Source: Phoronis australis (Eukaryota; Animalia; Phoronida). From it: a DNA stretch of 53,996 nt. This document shows, one piece after another, positions 34,701-47,339 of this stretch. The stretch covers positions 1 through 53,996 of the forward strand of contig NMRA01001108.1 in the NCBI GenBank assembly GCA_002633005.1, written 5' to 3'. A program made the position numbers and the translations under genes. How positions within the stretch are numbered: the first letter of the stretch is position 1; every line of letters starts with the position of its first letter. Below the pieces are notes generated by a model, which was given only the letters and a program-made list of their open reading frames with translations, had not been told where the DNA came from and did no database searches.

Positions 34701-36999
34701 AGTTAATAGAGTTGTCGCAGTAATGCATTTCATGTATACACTGCTCAGAGACATTTGAAATACAGTATGTCAAAAGTAGTTAGACAAAATGCTATTTCCA
34801 TTTCGTGACTTGTAATCTGTGCTGACTAATGGTGTCTCATTGTACACCTAATTTGCTCACATTTTGTAAATGTGCCCACATTTATTCTATTTACTTGATT
34901 GATGGCTTGTAATTTGCCTGTGTCCTATATCAGCCTCAATAGAGTATTACTATTCTCTAAAACTACTTTGGTGCTTGTTTAATGTTTGGCTATCTTATGA
35001 TCGTTTTGCTACATAAGTGCAGTATAACATGCTCTGCTGGATATCTATGTCTAACTTAATAAATAATAATTTAAATCAGGAGAGTTTTTAAATATTGCCC
35101 AACTTTGTTCCAAAGTATTTTTGAAGGATTACCCAAGTTTACCTATGTGAAGTCTGAAAGTCTGTGTATTTTATTTTGATTTTGCTGCACATGCATTGTC
35201 TTATGATTTTTAAATGAAGTAGCTGACACTACATGTATTAGTCTCGAGACTGCTGAATTTTTGGAGTCTGACTGATGGTAAGCAACAAACACCATTGAAT
35301 ACCCATCAGTGAGCGTTATTACATTCTTAACTCAGGGGCGAATCCAGGATTTTGAGTCGGGGGGGGGGCAGGGCACAGGAATAACCAGAATATCGCTACA
35401 TGCGCCGGCCCAGTCTAAAATTTAGGGATGCAAAGGTCTCGAATGCTTGAGTTTGTGGACCTTATTAATAAAAAAAGGTAAACGGGTTTGTTCAAGGCCT
35501 ATGCATTGTGCATTCGTCCCCCGAGCCCCCCTGCGTGCGCGCATATGCTAGTCAGCAATTTGCACCCCGAACTGTCAAATGGTATCAGGGAGAAATTTAA
35601 GGGGGGGCATGGCCTCCTTGGCCCCCTCCCTAAATCCGTCACTGAAACTGTGGTAGATGCAAAAAAAGGTCTCACTAATTTGTCTGCTATTTTGCGTGTG
35701 AAATACTCTGTTTCCTGTGTTTGTTTCATGAAAATGTCTACGAACCTTCCGCAAATACATCTATGCGTTGTGGATAAAAACAAAAATTATTGGTTTCCAA
35801 AAGGCGAAAATATTCAGACATTCATATGCATATCTGGGCGTGGCTGTTCGGGGACTTTCCCGAATGACAAGCGTAAGAAAAGTTATTAAAAAACGCCAGT
35901 TTCACCTACAGACGATTGTACTCATAACATCATTTTTTCTAACCTCATTCACAGCATTAATCCAATACAGTTTCAATATATCTCTTTTTTATGAATGACT
36001 ACTCTTCTGTCTGATTTCTTCACGTTTGGTGATATACAGAGATACAGTTGTCTCCTTCCCGCCGCCCAATACGCCTATTATTGTTTTTTATTCTACAATA
36101 AAATTCGTTGAATTGAGATGCGTCGGGACACCATCAGCCGACTTCGAGAAAATCAGACCCACACATTAAATTTCAGAATTCGAGTTCCCAGTTATGTATA
36201 ACTGAAGCCTTACTTAATAGTTTTTTTCCTAACCATGATGCATTTTGAAAAAAGTGTGTTCATGCACATATTGGCAGTATTATCGTCTGGGTCAAAGGAA
36301 ACCAACGTGCTTTGTTGTGCTTCTCATTCTTTTCTGTCAAGTAAGCAAATTAAAGCTTCCTGGTTTCTTTACCAAATATGCATTTGGTATGTTCGAGTGC
36401 CTATATTAAGATTTCAAAACTGTATTTTCGGAATCCTTGCATACATTTGTTACTATGCAGACATTGGCCAGTTGTATAATTTTGGTCAGGTACCGTACTT
36501 CTAGAGCTCAATGCGGTATGAAGAAGAGTGATTGCCTAACTTTTTATGGTTTTATTTTGTAGAACTAAGATCAATCTAAACACTGGTTGTAGTTTTGTTG
36601 TCTTAAATTTGGCTTCAGCTGAGATATTGAGGCAGGAAATAGGGCAGTTTTCAACATTTCGAAATCACCACAAACTAGCTAAAATGTGACTGAATCTGCG
36701 ATATTTTCTATGGCTAGCAAGTTGAAAGACATCTTAATACAGCAATACAATTATAGCCTTTCGTTTTGCACTCTTATTCTAAAGGTAATTTCGCAAAAAG
36801 TACCAAAATGTAGCTGTAACAAGGCTTGGAATTGGCAGAAAATTAACACGTTCCCATAGCAACCACAAGGTGGCGCACACAAAAAAATTAATGTGGGTAT
36901 GAAGGTTGGGGCATCAACCCCTACCATCATGCAAACAGTCGAGGAAATCCGTGACATAGCCTTTATCACTTTTTGCCTGGTTCATTCGTGGATGTGCTC
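31747..36999 (+). mobile_element. TTAA-flanked DNA transposon (element B, Kolobok-type termini) with decayed coding remnants
   Basis: TTAA|GAGTGCACTACACTTCAGACCAGGCAAAAA ... TTTTTGCCTGGTTCATTCGTGGATGTGCTC|TTAA. Relic ORF pieces at about 32280-32760 and 34329-34625 (NQFLTSASDGRVNPVKSQL..SKRYYKRKA..IVPGQS). Confidence 0.8.
35333..35644. mobile_element. GC-rich-ended MITE inside element B
   Basis: CAGGGGCGAATCCAGGA...GGGGGGGG at left and CCCCCTCCCTAAATCCGTCACTG at right. Confidence 0.65.
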
Positions 37000-37882
37000 T
37001 TAAGAACATAAACCAGCCAGGTTAGTCAGCTGCAAAAGTCTCAAACTGAACTTCCATTCACGAAGAGACTAGACTTGTGAACCAAACAAATAATGTGCTC
37101 GTAAATATTTTGGTGTATTCGCCGCCTAATTGCTAATCTACTTACTCGTTGGGGGCCACGAAGGCAGGTCCCCTTCCACACAACCGCACAGCGAAAAGGT
37201 GTATAATAACAATGATTTGAATATTGTATAAATATATCTTAATAAAGATTCCTCTAACATCTGAATATACTATATAAAATCGATTTATGGTATCACACCC
37301 GCTTTCTATCGGCAAACCTGAATTGGCATGCGGTCACACGGCGGTTTTATTGCATCTGAAGCTGGTAACACAGTATGATTTATTCATTGTTGATTTCTTA
37401 AAAAATTGTGCACTCACGAACACTGCTAAAGCATTACAAATTGTATCTACTGAGACAAATCTTGACACTTCGTTTTAGTTTTATATAAGCATTGGTTAGG
37501 GTAAGAATTATTCATTTTGAAACAGAACAATGCCGGCCACAGACTCGGAGATATTTCACGGCCTCATCCTTGGCATTAACGTTCTTTACTGCCAGGAAAC
37601 AGTTCCGAAGACGTTTGGGTTCTCGAGGAAATTGACAAAAAACGATATACCCACTTTCCTCGCAACTTCATGGTTCGCACATGCGGGAACGATGCGCCAC
37701 ACCATTGCGGCACACACTCAGCTGAAGAACCACTGATGTCGTTGGGTCGTGTATTCACCTTCCTCACAGGTGAACGCGACACCTTTTTGCGAGGAGAGAT
37801 CAACTGTATACGAGGTGATGTGGATATAGACCGATTAAGACGGTTACAAAAACTAATAAAATCGGGTAGCATTATCTTTTAA

Positions 37883-38965
37883 AGTCAAACATAACGGTAG
37901 CTCTAGCACTTCGCACACGGGGGTGTCTCACAGGTGTGTATACTGGGTCCGTTATTATTCACCATTTATATGAATGATTTGGTAAAGTGCACGAGTTTCT
38001 TTGACTGCATACTTTATGCTGATGATACTGCTATTATTGATGGTATTCATATCCCATTTTCTGTTAATGAGTCACGTATTTTCAGGTGAGCTTCAGAAAA
38101 TTCAGTCTTTGTTATATATAAATGGACCGGCTTTAAACACAACTAATACCAATTAGTTCACTCAATTTACTTGGTTTTATCATCAAAAACAACATGTTAG
38201 GGACTCCACACATAAGCAATGTGTTGAGAAAGATAAGCACATTCTCTGGTGTTCTTAATAACATTAAACATTTGTTGCCCTTTGAAACTTGCTTTTGTTC
38301 ACCTCATTTTAATTATCGCATTTTGTTGTGGGATGTGAACATCATAGAATAGTCAAATTACAGAAAGATATTTTTCGTATTATAACTTGTACTTGTTTTA
38401 ATGCCGATACGGGTCATTTATTTAGGGCTACATAGTTACTCAAAATAAAGGACTTGTGTCTTGTTGCTATTGTCAAATTTTCCTACAAAAATTTTCATAA
38501 TTATCGACCTTCATTTTTAAAACTTTCAATTAAATAACCCGTGTGTCTGTTCATGAATATTACTCTAGGCGACATCTTCCACACACTCTTTGCTGTATTT
38601 GATCATTTGCAGAAGATTGATTTCGCAATGTACTAACTAATAGCATCACAAACTTTAATGTCAGTGTTTCTCAAAAAATACCCATTTGTTATCTTCTGTT
38701 ATAAATTATTTTGAAAAAAACCTTTTTTGAAAGTTATGTACTTGTGTGTAAACATTTTCCATAAGCTTTCCTTATCTTTTTACATGTAGCTTTAAATTGA
38801 ATTATCACCTAATTTTGTAATTCTGATTATCTGTAACATTGTATTTTTCTCTGGTGGCTCGAGCTTAGTGGAAATTTTGGCTCCTTTACGTAAATACCAT
38901 AAGCTTGCATTGTATTAATTGTATTTTTTGTCTTAACGTGAATAAAGTGTATTCTCACTACTGTC
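37883..38965 (+). mobile_element. 5'-truncated CR1/L2-group LINE (its first ~17 bp lie at 31233-31249)
   Basis: KVKHNGSS..GVSQVCILGPLLFTIYMNDL..ILYADDT, TPHISNVLRKISTFSGVLNNIKHLLP, KLQKDIFRII..FNADTGHLF. AATAAA at 38941 and a TCACT-repeat tail. Confidence 0.85.
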
Positions 38966-39031
38966 ACTACGTAAAACACGATAAAACTATTTTGCAATTC
39001 TGAAACTTCAATAACTGTTTTTAAAATATGA
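38966..39031 (+). pseudogene. Displaced probable original 3' end of the PAN exon
   Basis: Begins with the duplicated ACTACGT and reads TT*NTIKLFCNSETSITVFKI* in the PAN frame. Confidence 0.55.
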
Positions 39032-40874
39032 ATAGTTACGTGCTTCAGGAAACTGAGAAGCCTGCCAGAAGCACCCTATACCGCGACATTACAGGTTGGT
39101 CGACTCACAAGCGTGAAATTACACTCAAAGCAATCTCACAGATATTTAAGCATAGCTATGCCATACTGAGGTTTGAAAGTAAAACCCTTGCCACCCTGTA
39201 TAAACTTTTCCGCACAAACAAGCGCGTACAGTATCTCGACTTCGAGTTTGGCGGTGCTGCGAGGCGAGCAGTCGTTGGACAAGTGTCGCTAGTGAATAAT
39301 GACGTAACGATGTGTGGATGAGCAAAGATTTCATCCATTGAAAGTATACGGAGTTGGCGGTTCATGTACTATAATCTATGCTTAGAGCGGATAACGGGGA
39401 GGTGGGGCAACGTAAAGGACAGTCGTGGTATGGGGCTTGGAAACATCAGGGATCCTTAACCGAGGTGCTTCGGGGTTTACAGAAATTACCACACCTTTCC
39501 GGTCCTGTCTTCTTACTGAGTGAGCCAACAACACAAGGCGCAGTCAATTCCCAAATGCGGCATTTTCGAATTTGTTCCGTTGGAATTAGCCAACCCCAAT
39601 GATATACGAATATTTTTCTTGAGTGATTGATGTGTTCGTTGTTTTTGTTGCCTTCAGAAAACACGTCATATCACAGTAAGCAACATATTGAGATCGATTG
39701 TTACTAGATAATTGGCTTTCAAGCGACTAATTATGATTCCTTTTTCCTTTTTAGGGAGCCAAATACAAATACTATGGAAATGTAGTTTAATATACAATAT
39801 TGGTGATTATAGCTCCCAAATATTAATCAAATTACACGTAGTAAGCCGTTTGCAATGGAGCAAAACCCAAAACTGAAATATAGTAGCTTATCGCCATGCC
39901 GGATAAACATGTTCGCTGTTTATTAATACAATGCAATGTGGATCAAATTGCTGATACAACATGGCGTAAAAATAAACAAACGAAGAAAGTTAAAAACTGA
40001 TAACCAAAATCTTTTTTCCGAAAATAACGCGCCTACATTCGGAAACCGGCCGGCCGGAATTATCGGGACCTGCCTGTTAGGCGTATCGTAAAGCCATCTA
40101 GACGTACTGCCATCAATTGGAAATTTCACATCCTCGTTAAAATATTTACACATGATCAAGCACCAGTTGAGCTCTAACACGATGCTAACATTATTACCTA
40201 AGACAAAGAGGATAATAAGGAATACCACTTGACCAATAGGTTAAAATGTCCCCTCCTTCACTGTCGCTAAAATATTTGATAACAACGCATTAGATAGCCC
40301 TTCATCATCTGTTGGTGATGTATCATTATGTGTTAAGCAACAATTTAATAATTTTCTTATGTAATTATAATTTTGCATGCCTGCCTGGTGTAAAACATTT
40401 TTTAACTCTGTGTACCAACAGTGTTACAAATGCAAACATAATGAAGCGTAAGGATGAAACCGTTCATGTACTATTTTTTATTAATTAACTATTTAGTCAA
40501 TCAATTTTTTATTGTTAATCAATCTAGAGTGTACATGTGTAATAGCAACATAATGAATGTTCCTGGATAAAGAGAAAAATAGGATATGAATCTACCACAG
40601 TTGCTGTGAAGAACTTAAGTCAGGCATTTATCCAAAATTATACGCTTTTCTATGTTAATTGGACCTTAGGTTCCGTTTGGTTCAATTTATATTATTTAGT
40701 AAAAATCAAGGATTCTATGGCATTTACAAAAATTGTAGTCAGTTAATTACTCCGATTACTTTTCTGAAATTTGCAGATGATAAATAAAGTTTGAGTCTAC
40801 TGGAATAAAAACTTCCAAAAATTAGCGACGTTGCGTCCGCATCTCACGCCTTTAGCTTGGCTGTGACGTTATCG

Positions 40875-41330
40875 TTATTCTGGAGAATTAGTGGCGTTTT
40901 GACCACACGTCACGGCATTGACGTCATCCCATACGTGTGAAAAATCGAATCTTAAACCGCCTCTTTCATTTAAAGAGGGACTCTCAATGCTTTCATGGAG
41001 AGCTTCCTTTACACCCCTTTTGAACCAGTCTTCCTCATAGTCTAGGATTAGTGACATTGTCAGTATTGAAATAATGTCCAGTGACGCACAGGTGGCTAAA
41101 ATAGCCGAATCATCAAGGTCCCTGTAAGTCAGGACGACGATACTGTGACATACTCAATTTAATGGACTGTTTCGTTTCACCTATGTAACTGTCTGAGCAC
41201 TGGGGATCCTTACACTGAGTACCATAGACAACACATGATGTATTACTCTTGGGGGTCTTGTCCATGACATTAACCAGTTGGCTGCGGTGAGAATTGAAAG
41301 CTTTGTGGATGATAGAAATGTCAAACCAAG
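40875..41330 (-). mobile_element. Penelope-like retroelement fragment (GIY-YIG endonuclease)
   Basis: Minus strand: DKTPKSNTSCVVYGTQCKDPQCSDSYIGETKQ, DSAIFSHL and ILDYEEDWFKRGVKEALH..PSLNERGG. Confidence 0.88.
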
Positions 41331-41435
41331 GAGTGTAGTAGTATAGGAGAGTTCACTTGTGAGTTCGCTGTTACCGCTACTACCAGCGCCGCCAAGTGGT
41401 GACTAAGCAATTTTCAACCAGGAAGCGCCAAAACA

Positions 41436-42345
41436 ATGGGGAAGGACGAATTTTGCAGTGCGATAAATTGCATGAATTCATCCACGAAAACCCCAGACGT
41501 GTCATTTTTTAGGTTTCATAAGGATCCAGAAAGGTAAGAATTATCTGTTATTCAATAATATGATACATTGTCTTTCATTTTGTGTGTTCTGTTCACGGTT
41601 GTTAGACAAGTCGATCGCAGTCTCCTTGCCACTGTTGTCTGCAGTGTAGGCTAGGCCTACTGTGCAGCCGGGCTGCCGGCGGAAGGACTGTGATGAACTA
41701 GCGATGTGATTGTCAGCTTTTTGGATACTTGCAGCCCTTAAATTCCAAATCAAAATGTCACCCGTACGATCGTAGGGATAATTTTAGGAAAACATACACA
41801 TGCCCATGGCCATGGGTAATATGACTGGTGACACGGCCATGGCACAATTGCAGCCACAGGGCCACAAGTATTTCATGAGTCAAGTTAAAGAATCTGTGGA
41901 CCTCGGTGAAAAGGTGAAAAAATCAACATAATTTTAATGTAGTGCGTCATTAAAAACTTAATTCTATGTGTCAATGATGCGTAGGCGCGGCCCTGTTAAA
42001 GTATCCGTCTATCAACATTTGAGTCCGAGTTTTTTTCAGTTGTCTCTATCACAATCACAGTACGACAGGAATTCTGTAGTGTAGTATACTTTAGTGTAGG
42101 CTACCAGTCTTCTGTGAACCTAGTAAGTATGAGGTTTGTTCCTGAGTCTCTGTCATTGATTTCTGTTCAGGTGAAAGCGCTGGGAGCTGATCTTATGAAT
42201 AGAGATGCAGCCTTTTTGTCCAAGAACTGCACGTCATGCTCTCATCACTTCGAGGGGTCCATGTTCATGAATGAAGAATAAGGTGGTATTGACTGCAATG
42301 CCCGAACAATATTTGATGTCCTGAATCCACCAAAAATGAAGATGT
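41436..42345 (+). pseudogene. Two-exon THAP zinc-finger relic (probable P-element- or hAT-type transposase N-terminus)
   Basis: Exon 41436-41533 encodes MGKDEFCSAINCMNSSTKTPDVSFFRFHKDPER, donor AG|GTAAG. Acceptor TTCTGTTCAG at 42170, then *KRW..ADLMNRD..CSHHFEGSMFMN..TIFDVLNPP with a stop and frameshifts. Confidence 0.82.
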
Positions 42346-43297
42346 CAGGGTAAAAAAATTCTCCGTAAATTATATTGCAGCTCTAGAATAGGCTTGTTTT
42401 GCATTTCTGATTATCGTCTCACAAAGCAAGTACTGGAACATCACGTGTAGAAAGGACAATTAGTCAAAATCTAGTTTTCGTGTTTTACTAAGCTTGATCA
42501 GAATGAAACATTTTATGAATGGTTAGCCTGTGATTTGGTAAGAGCCAAAATGAAACGGATGGATCATTCAGAGTCTGAGTGGTGGGCTGAAATTTTGTTA
42601 AACCCAAGCTACTCCGTATCATTTTGCTTCTGGATGACAAAAATTTCTGTGAGTAAATTAGTTTTCAGCTTTATTTATGACGCATTTCTTTGGCGAAAAT
42701 TGCTGTTGTTTACTAGTGAATTAATAGAGAGTGACAAGGTTGGTCAGATTTTCTTGTTGTATTGGTTGGTGTATGTGTTTCCTATTCTGTACGTTTTTGG
42801 AGATTGTGATTAATTTAAGCCCCAGTTGTTGCTAGGTATCAGATATGATCTTGTGTTCTGGCTTTAACTTACATGAAATATTGACTGTTGTTGATGATAG
42901 GAATAGTGGGTATATAAAATAAAAGTTTGGTTTTATCATACAAGTCTTTTTATGTCAGTTTTGTATGAAGCTATGTGGGTAGTGAATTTGTTATCAGTAC
43001 CACTTAATTTTTTGTCATGACATTTTGAACTAGTTATGATTGATGATATAATCAATGTTACTACATTTTGTAAGTTGTGAGGTATTATACAGATTATCAA
43101 CTGACTTGTAACTGTTGGTGAGTGGGAGAGTAGAATTGAGTCCTATATTGGCATACCTATGAAATAAGGGAATGTTCTAATATTTTATTACAGTTTTGTG
43201 GTAGTGATGAATTGCATTGCTTTCTTCTTATCATTTGTGTAACACCCACTGCACAAAACCATTGTCTGCATTGCTAGTAGCCTGGTGCATTGAATAC

Positions 43298-43534
43298 TAG
43301 GGAACACATGCAAAATTGTTGGGTGGAGACGAAACCAGCAGTGAGCTGGGAGAAACAAGTTTGTCAATGGTTAGGGGAGCAACCAAAATGTGTGACAATG
43401 GGAGGGGCTCAACACCCATGTGGCATATATACCCATTGCTTTTTACCTGTTTAGCACTCTTCCCATGTAACCGCTCTGGGAGGGGGTCAACACTCATTTG
43501 GCGCCCACCTGGTTTTTGCCTGGTACCCCCTTAG
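43298..43534. mobile_element. Probable MITE
   Basis: TAGGGAACACATGCAAAA at left and TTTTGCCTGGTACCCCCTTA at right. Internal repeat GGGAGGGG(C/G)TCAACAC occurs twice. Confidence 0.5.
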
Positions 43535-43889
43535 CTGGCACCTTGGGGGAATTCCCGTCCGAACCCCCAGGAGCAATCATTCAAATTATGTAGTCCATGG
43601 AGATATGAACTGTTATAAAGAACAATAATTGCCGTGTTAAGAACTCAAGCATGAAACAAAACCATGATGGATTTTGAAGGGAGCTTCAAGAGAATAAAAA
43701 CAAATACACTTTAATATTGATTAAAATACACATTTTCTTTCTCATTCTATTGTAAGTGGATGTTAGTTTATGTATTCTAACCATTTTCAATCACACAGTA
43801 GTTTTATTGCACCTTGAATCTCATTGAAATATGAATTTATCAGTGTTTACATTGTTCGGACTACGCTCCTAACTAAGTGTTGATTATTC

Positions 43890-45462
43890 ACGGCAGACGG
43901 AGGTGTTGAAATTATCCAATGACGTCATCGGTTTCACACGCATTTTGTTCAGCAATTCACAACACGGGTTACTGGTGTCAGCTTATCGCTTGAAGTCATC
44001 GTTTAACACCAATAAATCATCAAACTTCGATGTAAAACCCTTAAAAATACACCGAGTTCTTATAAAAACATGTTGTTTTATTTTGCTCTTACGGATTTGT
44101 TGGTATTTGGACACACCGAAGCCTACAAAGTTCGGCAGGACAATAACGTCCGTAGCAGGAGTTTACGGTCTGTTGGGAGATAATTTCGAAGTATTTTCCG
44201 TGAGATACAGACAGGAGAACCTAGATCTGTGTTGTTTAAACTTGTGATTTTTTGATTTCTAAACACAAAACGCTCGTTATCCTGGCCAGTGGCTCGGAGC
44301 CCGATCAGGCCCGTCGCGGCCGGCCGGATTGACTCGTTATCCTGGCCAGTGGCTCGGAAACTGATCAGAAATCACGAACATAAACCAGTCAAAGTTCAGT
44401 GGAAACTAATCTTCCAGTCAAGAAAATACTATAATAGTGAGCCAAAGTAATGTGCATCTGATTATGTTGGTGAATTAGCCACGAATCTGCAAATCTACTT
44501 ACACGTCGAGGGCCGCGAATTCAGGTTCCGCTTTGGTCACAGCACCGTCAGGGCAGAAGTTGTACATTGACAATCATTATTTGAGTAATGTAAAAGGAAA
44601 TAAAGATTCCCCTAACGCTTGGCCGTGGGATAGAAATCGAGTTGTTTCAAAACAGTTTATGCCAGAAAACACTAAATTAGCATGAGCTCACACGGCATCG
44701 GTATCCCGTCAATTAGTTTTATTGCAACTAAAGCCGGTAACGCAGTGATTTATTCATTGCTGGCTTCTCAAATCATTTGCACTCACGAACACCCCAAATT
44801 GCATCTAATGAGAAGGACTTTGTTTCAGTTTTATATACGTATTGGTTAGGGCGAGAATAATTCATTTTGAAATAGAACGTTCAGTAATAAACGTCAACAT
44901 GGCAACTCGCAATCCCGACTTAGGACGAGCTAGAGCTCATCAGTCCCGACTGTGCAGGTGGATCGTTAAGTTTTACAGGCTATCAATTCGAACAGGAATA
45001 CAGTGATGAAGAAATACTAGAGAGGCGCCGTGAATAAGCTCAGACAACGGAGCATATGGAATTATTTGATAAGCCGGCATTCGTCAGGCACCGACTGTCG
45101 ACTTCTGCAGGCCCAGACACGGAGATGTTTCGCAGCCTCATACTTGCTATTTACAACGTACATTTCATTCTTCACTACCATGGGCTACTTCCTTAGCACT
45201 TCGGGCTTTCGAGGAAGTAAAAAAAACGATATACCCGCTTTCCTTTCAGCTGCTTAGTTCGGACAAGCGGGAACGATGCACCGCAACATAGCGGCATTCA
45301 CTCTGCATATGAACCCCTGACGTAGCTAGCGTCGTTTCTCACCTTCCTCACAGATTAACGCGACACCTCTTGGCAAGGTAGGGTCGACCGTATGCGAGGC
45401 AGTGTGGATATAGACCGATTAAGACGGCAATAAAGACTAATTAAATCGGCTGGCATTTTCCT
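43890..45462. mobile_element. Second copy of Kolobok-like element A (left end not seen)
   Basis: Colinear with element A minus element B. Right end GGCTGGCATTTTCCT|TTAA. Plus-strand stub from ATG 44899 (..GYQFEQEYSDEEILERR) and minus-strand THAP stub from ATG 45289 (MLRCIVPACPN*AAERKAGISFFLLPRKPEVLRK). Confidence 0.8.
44273..44358. repeat. 26-bp direct repeat with 60-bp period
   Basis: CTCGTTATCCTGGCCAGTGGCTCGGA at 44273-44298 and 44333-44358. Confidence 0.9.
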
Positions 45463-45469
45463 TTAAATG

Positions 45470-46030
45470 TCCTCTTGAGGCGGTCGCGTGGTGATACTCT
45501 ACGTTCAGCCGATTTTCTGACCGGCTCAAGAGGACATTTAAACAGTTTGACATTTTTATCATCCATGGTAACAAGGTATTTGGAATCAGTGCAGTAAAGT
45601 GTATACACTGTATGAACGGAGGCAAACACTATTTGGTCTACCAAATGTATTTCATAATCGCTAGGACACTTTTGAACGTCCAAAATGATTGTCAAGGTAA
45701 CTCAAACACGCAATGCCTTATGGAACAACATAAAATCTAAATACCATGTACACCTAATGCAGCATATTGGTACAGTTTAAAACACTATACCAAATGCTGG
45801 TATGTCAACACCAGTAGCGTTATTTTGAACATCTCAACACAGTTACTGTGGCAACTGCTACAAATAATCCTGTAAACTGCTTCTTCAACAATATAGAAGC
45901 TGTAGAAAACGCATACATTGACTCAAACATTTTTAACTACATTATTTATTCTTCGTATACGAAATCTTGTCTTTTGATTTTCAGTTCTTTGTGTTTAAGA
46001 ATCTGACAAACTCGATGTCCTTGAGTATAA
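45470..46030 (-). mobile_element. Highly decayed LINE reverse-transcriptase fragment
   Basis: LKMFESMYAFSTASILLKKQFTGLF and GVDIP..KLYQYA resemble the RT segments preceding YADD. Confidence 0.35.
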
Positions 46031-47339
46031 TTTCACTTAGACCCTTCTAAAACAGCCCAAGGTCTATAGCCCTGGACGTATTAGAAAGCCGCAGCGCCAG
46101 GTCTCACAAAAGTCACGCGAATTTCCGTTGTATAGTAACAGGATAGCAACACAATAACAAAGGAATCGGGACAAAAAATATTTTGCTTCTTATCTTGCAA
46201 AACGGCGATTGGACAGCATTGAAGTGACGTGCGAAGTTCTTCTTTAAGAAAACGGTTAGAAAATGTCACTTTCTTGTATTCTATTTGGTGCAAATTGTAC
46301 ATGTATCGTTGTCGACACCACGACTTTGTAGGTAGATTTTTAAATTGTGGCAGCAAAATGGATATTGCTTTTGCTTACCAATTCATGTCGGTAGTGTCCT
46401 TGGCCTCAGCAATAGGAGGTAATACATACATGTATGTATAAAATTTAGTAGAGTGCACTCTGTTGGTTGACAATATGCGTTTGAGGCTAAGACTCGGGCG
46501 GTCATGAGAACGAAATCTGAAGTATTAGCTTATCTCATTTCTCTGTAATTATTTTACGTAATCCACAATGAGCCCATGGGTTAGATTTTTTATGACTTGT
46601 GCTCAGAGAGGATTACCTTGGCCCATGTTTTTCCATTTGTCTTTCTAATCATTTGTCCTGCATTCACAAGAGCGTGGAAAATAAAACGACCATTATATTG
46701 TTTTAAAATGTGTTGACTTATATTAATAAAACTTCGTCGTCACATCTTGTATAAAATCAACACGTGAGTTTGCCTTGCTCGAAAATGCCGATTTTCGTAT
46801 CATCCCGGAAGTTGCCCTCACTGTCTACTCAGCCGCATACGCTACCCATGCATTAGATGTCTTCGTAATTACCATTGTCTTGGTAGTTGAACTTCAAACG
46901 AACCATCTTTTGTTTTCTTGAAGTCAAACTCGTCACGAGCGCAGTCTACATGAATGAATTTATGGGTTGCATGTGAATTAGGATTTACACCAAGTATCAA
47001 ACGACACCGGTAAAAATCATTCAGGAGAACATGCATGGTGAAACATTTAGTGACATTGTGCTTCAAAATCCAATAAATTTACTTACGAGCACAAAAACAA
47101 TGACTATTTTGGTATAGTCTAGACCATTGATTGTGCAGACTGTATTAAAGTGTTTCATTTGAAGAACGTTATCATGGAAGCATTATTTATATAGCTCCAA
47201 ACGTTCTATTCGCTGTTTGGAAGTTTAGCCAATTTATACACTAAAATAAATTTGGAGCTTCGATAAACCTTATCCGTCATTGGTGTAAATGCTTATATTT
47301 ACGAGCAATTAGCGACGCTCTATCTACATGTACATGTAG

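Larger units (their letters stand above)
31250..37878. mobile_element. Kolobok-like non-autonomous DNA transposon (element A), interrupted by element B
   Basis: TTAA|AGGGAATGCCACCC ... GGGTAGCATTATCTT|TTAA. Segments 31330-31742 and 37004-37878 align colinearly with 43890-45462. Minus-strand THAP-like start at 37705 (MVWRIVPACANHEVARKVGISFF). Confidence 0.8.

Noticed and set aside
35488-35889. 133-aa ORF
   Set aside because: It runs through a GC-rich MITE end inside element B and shows no protein signature.
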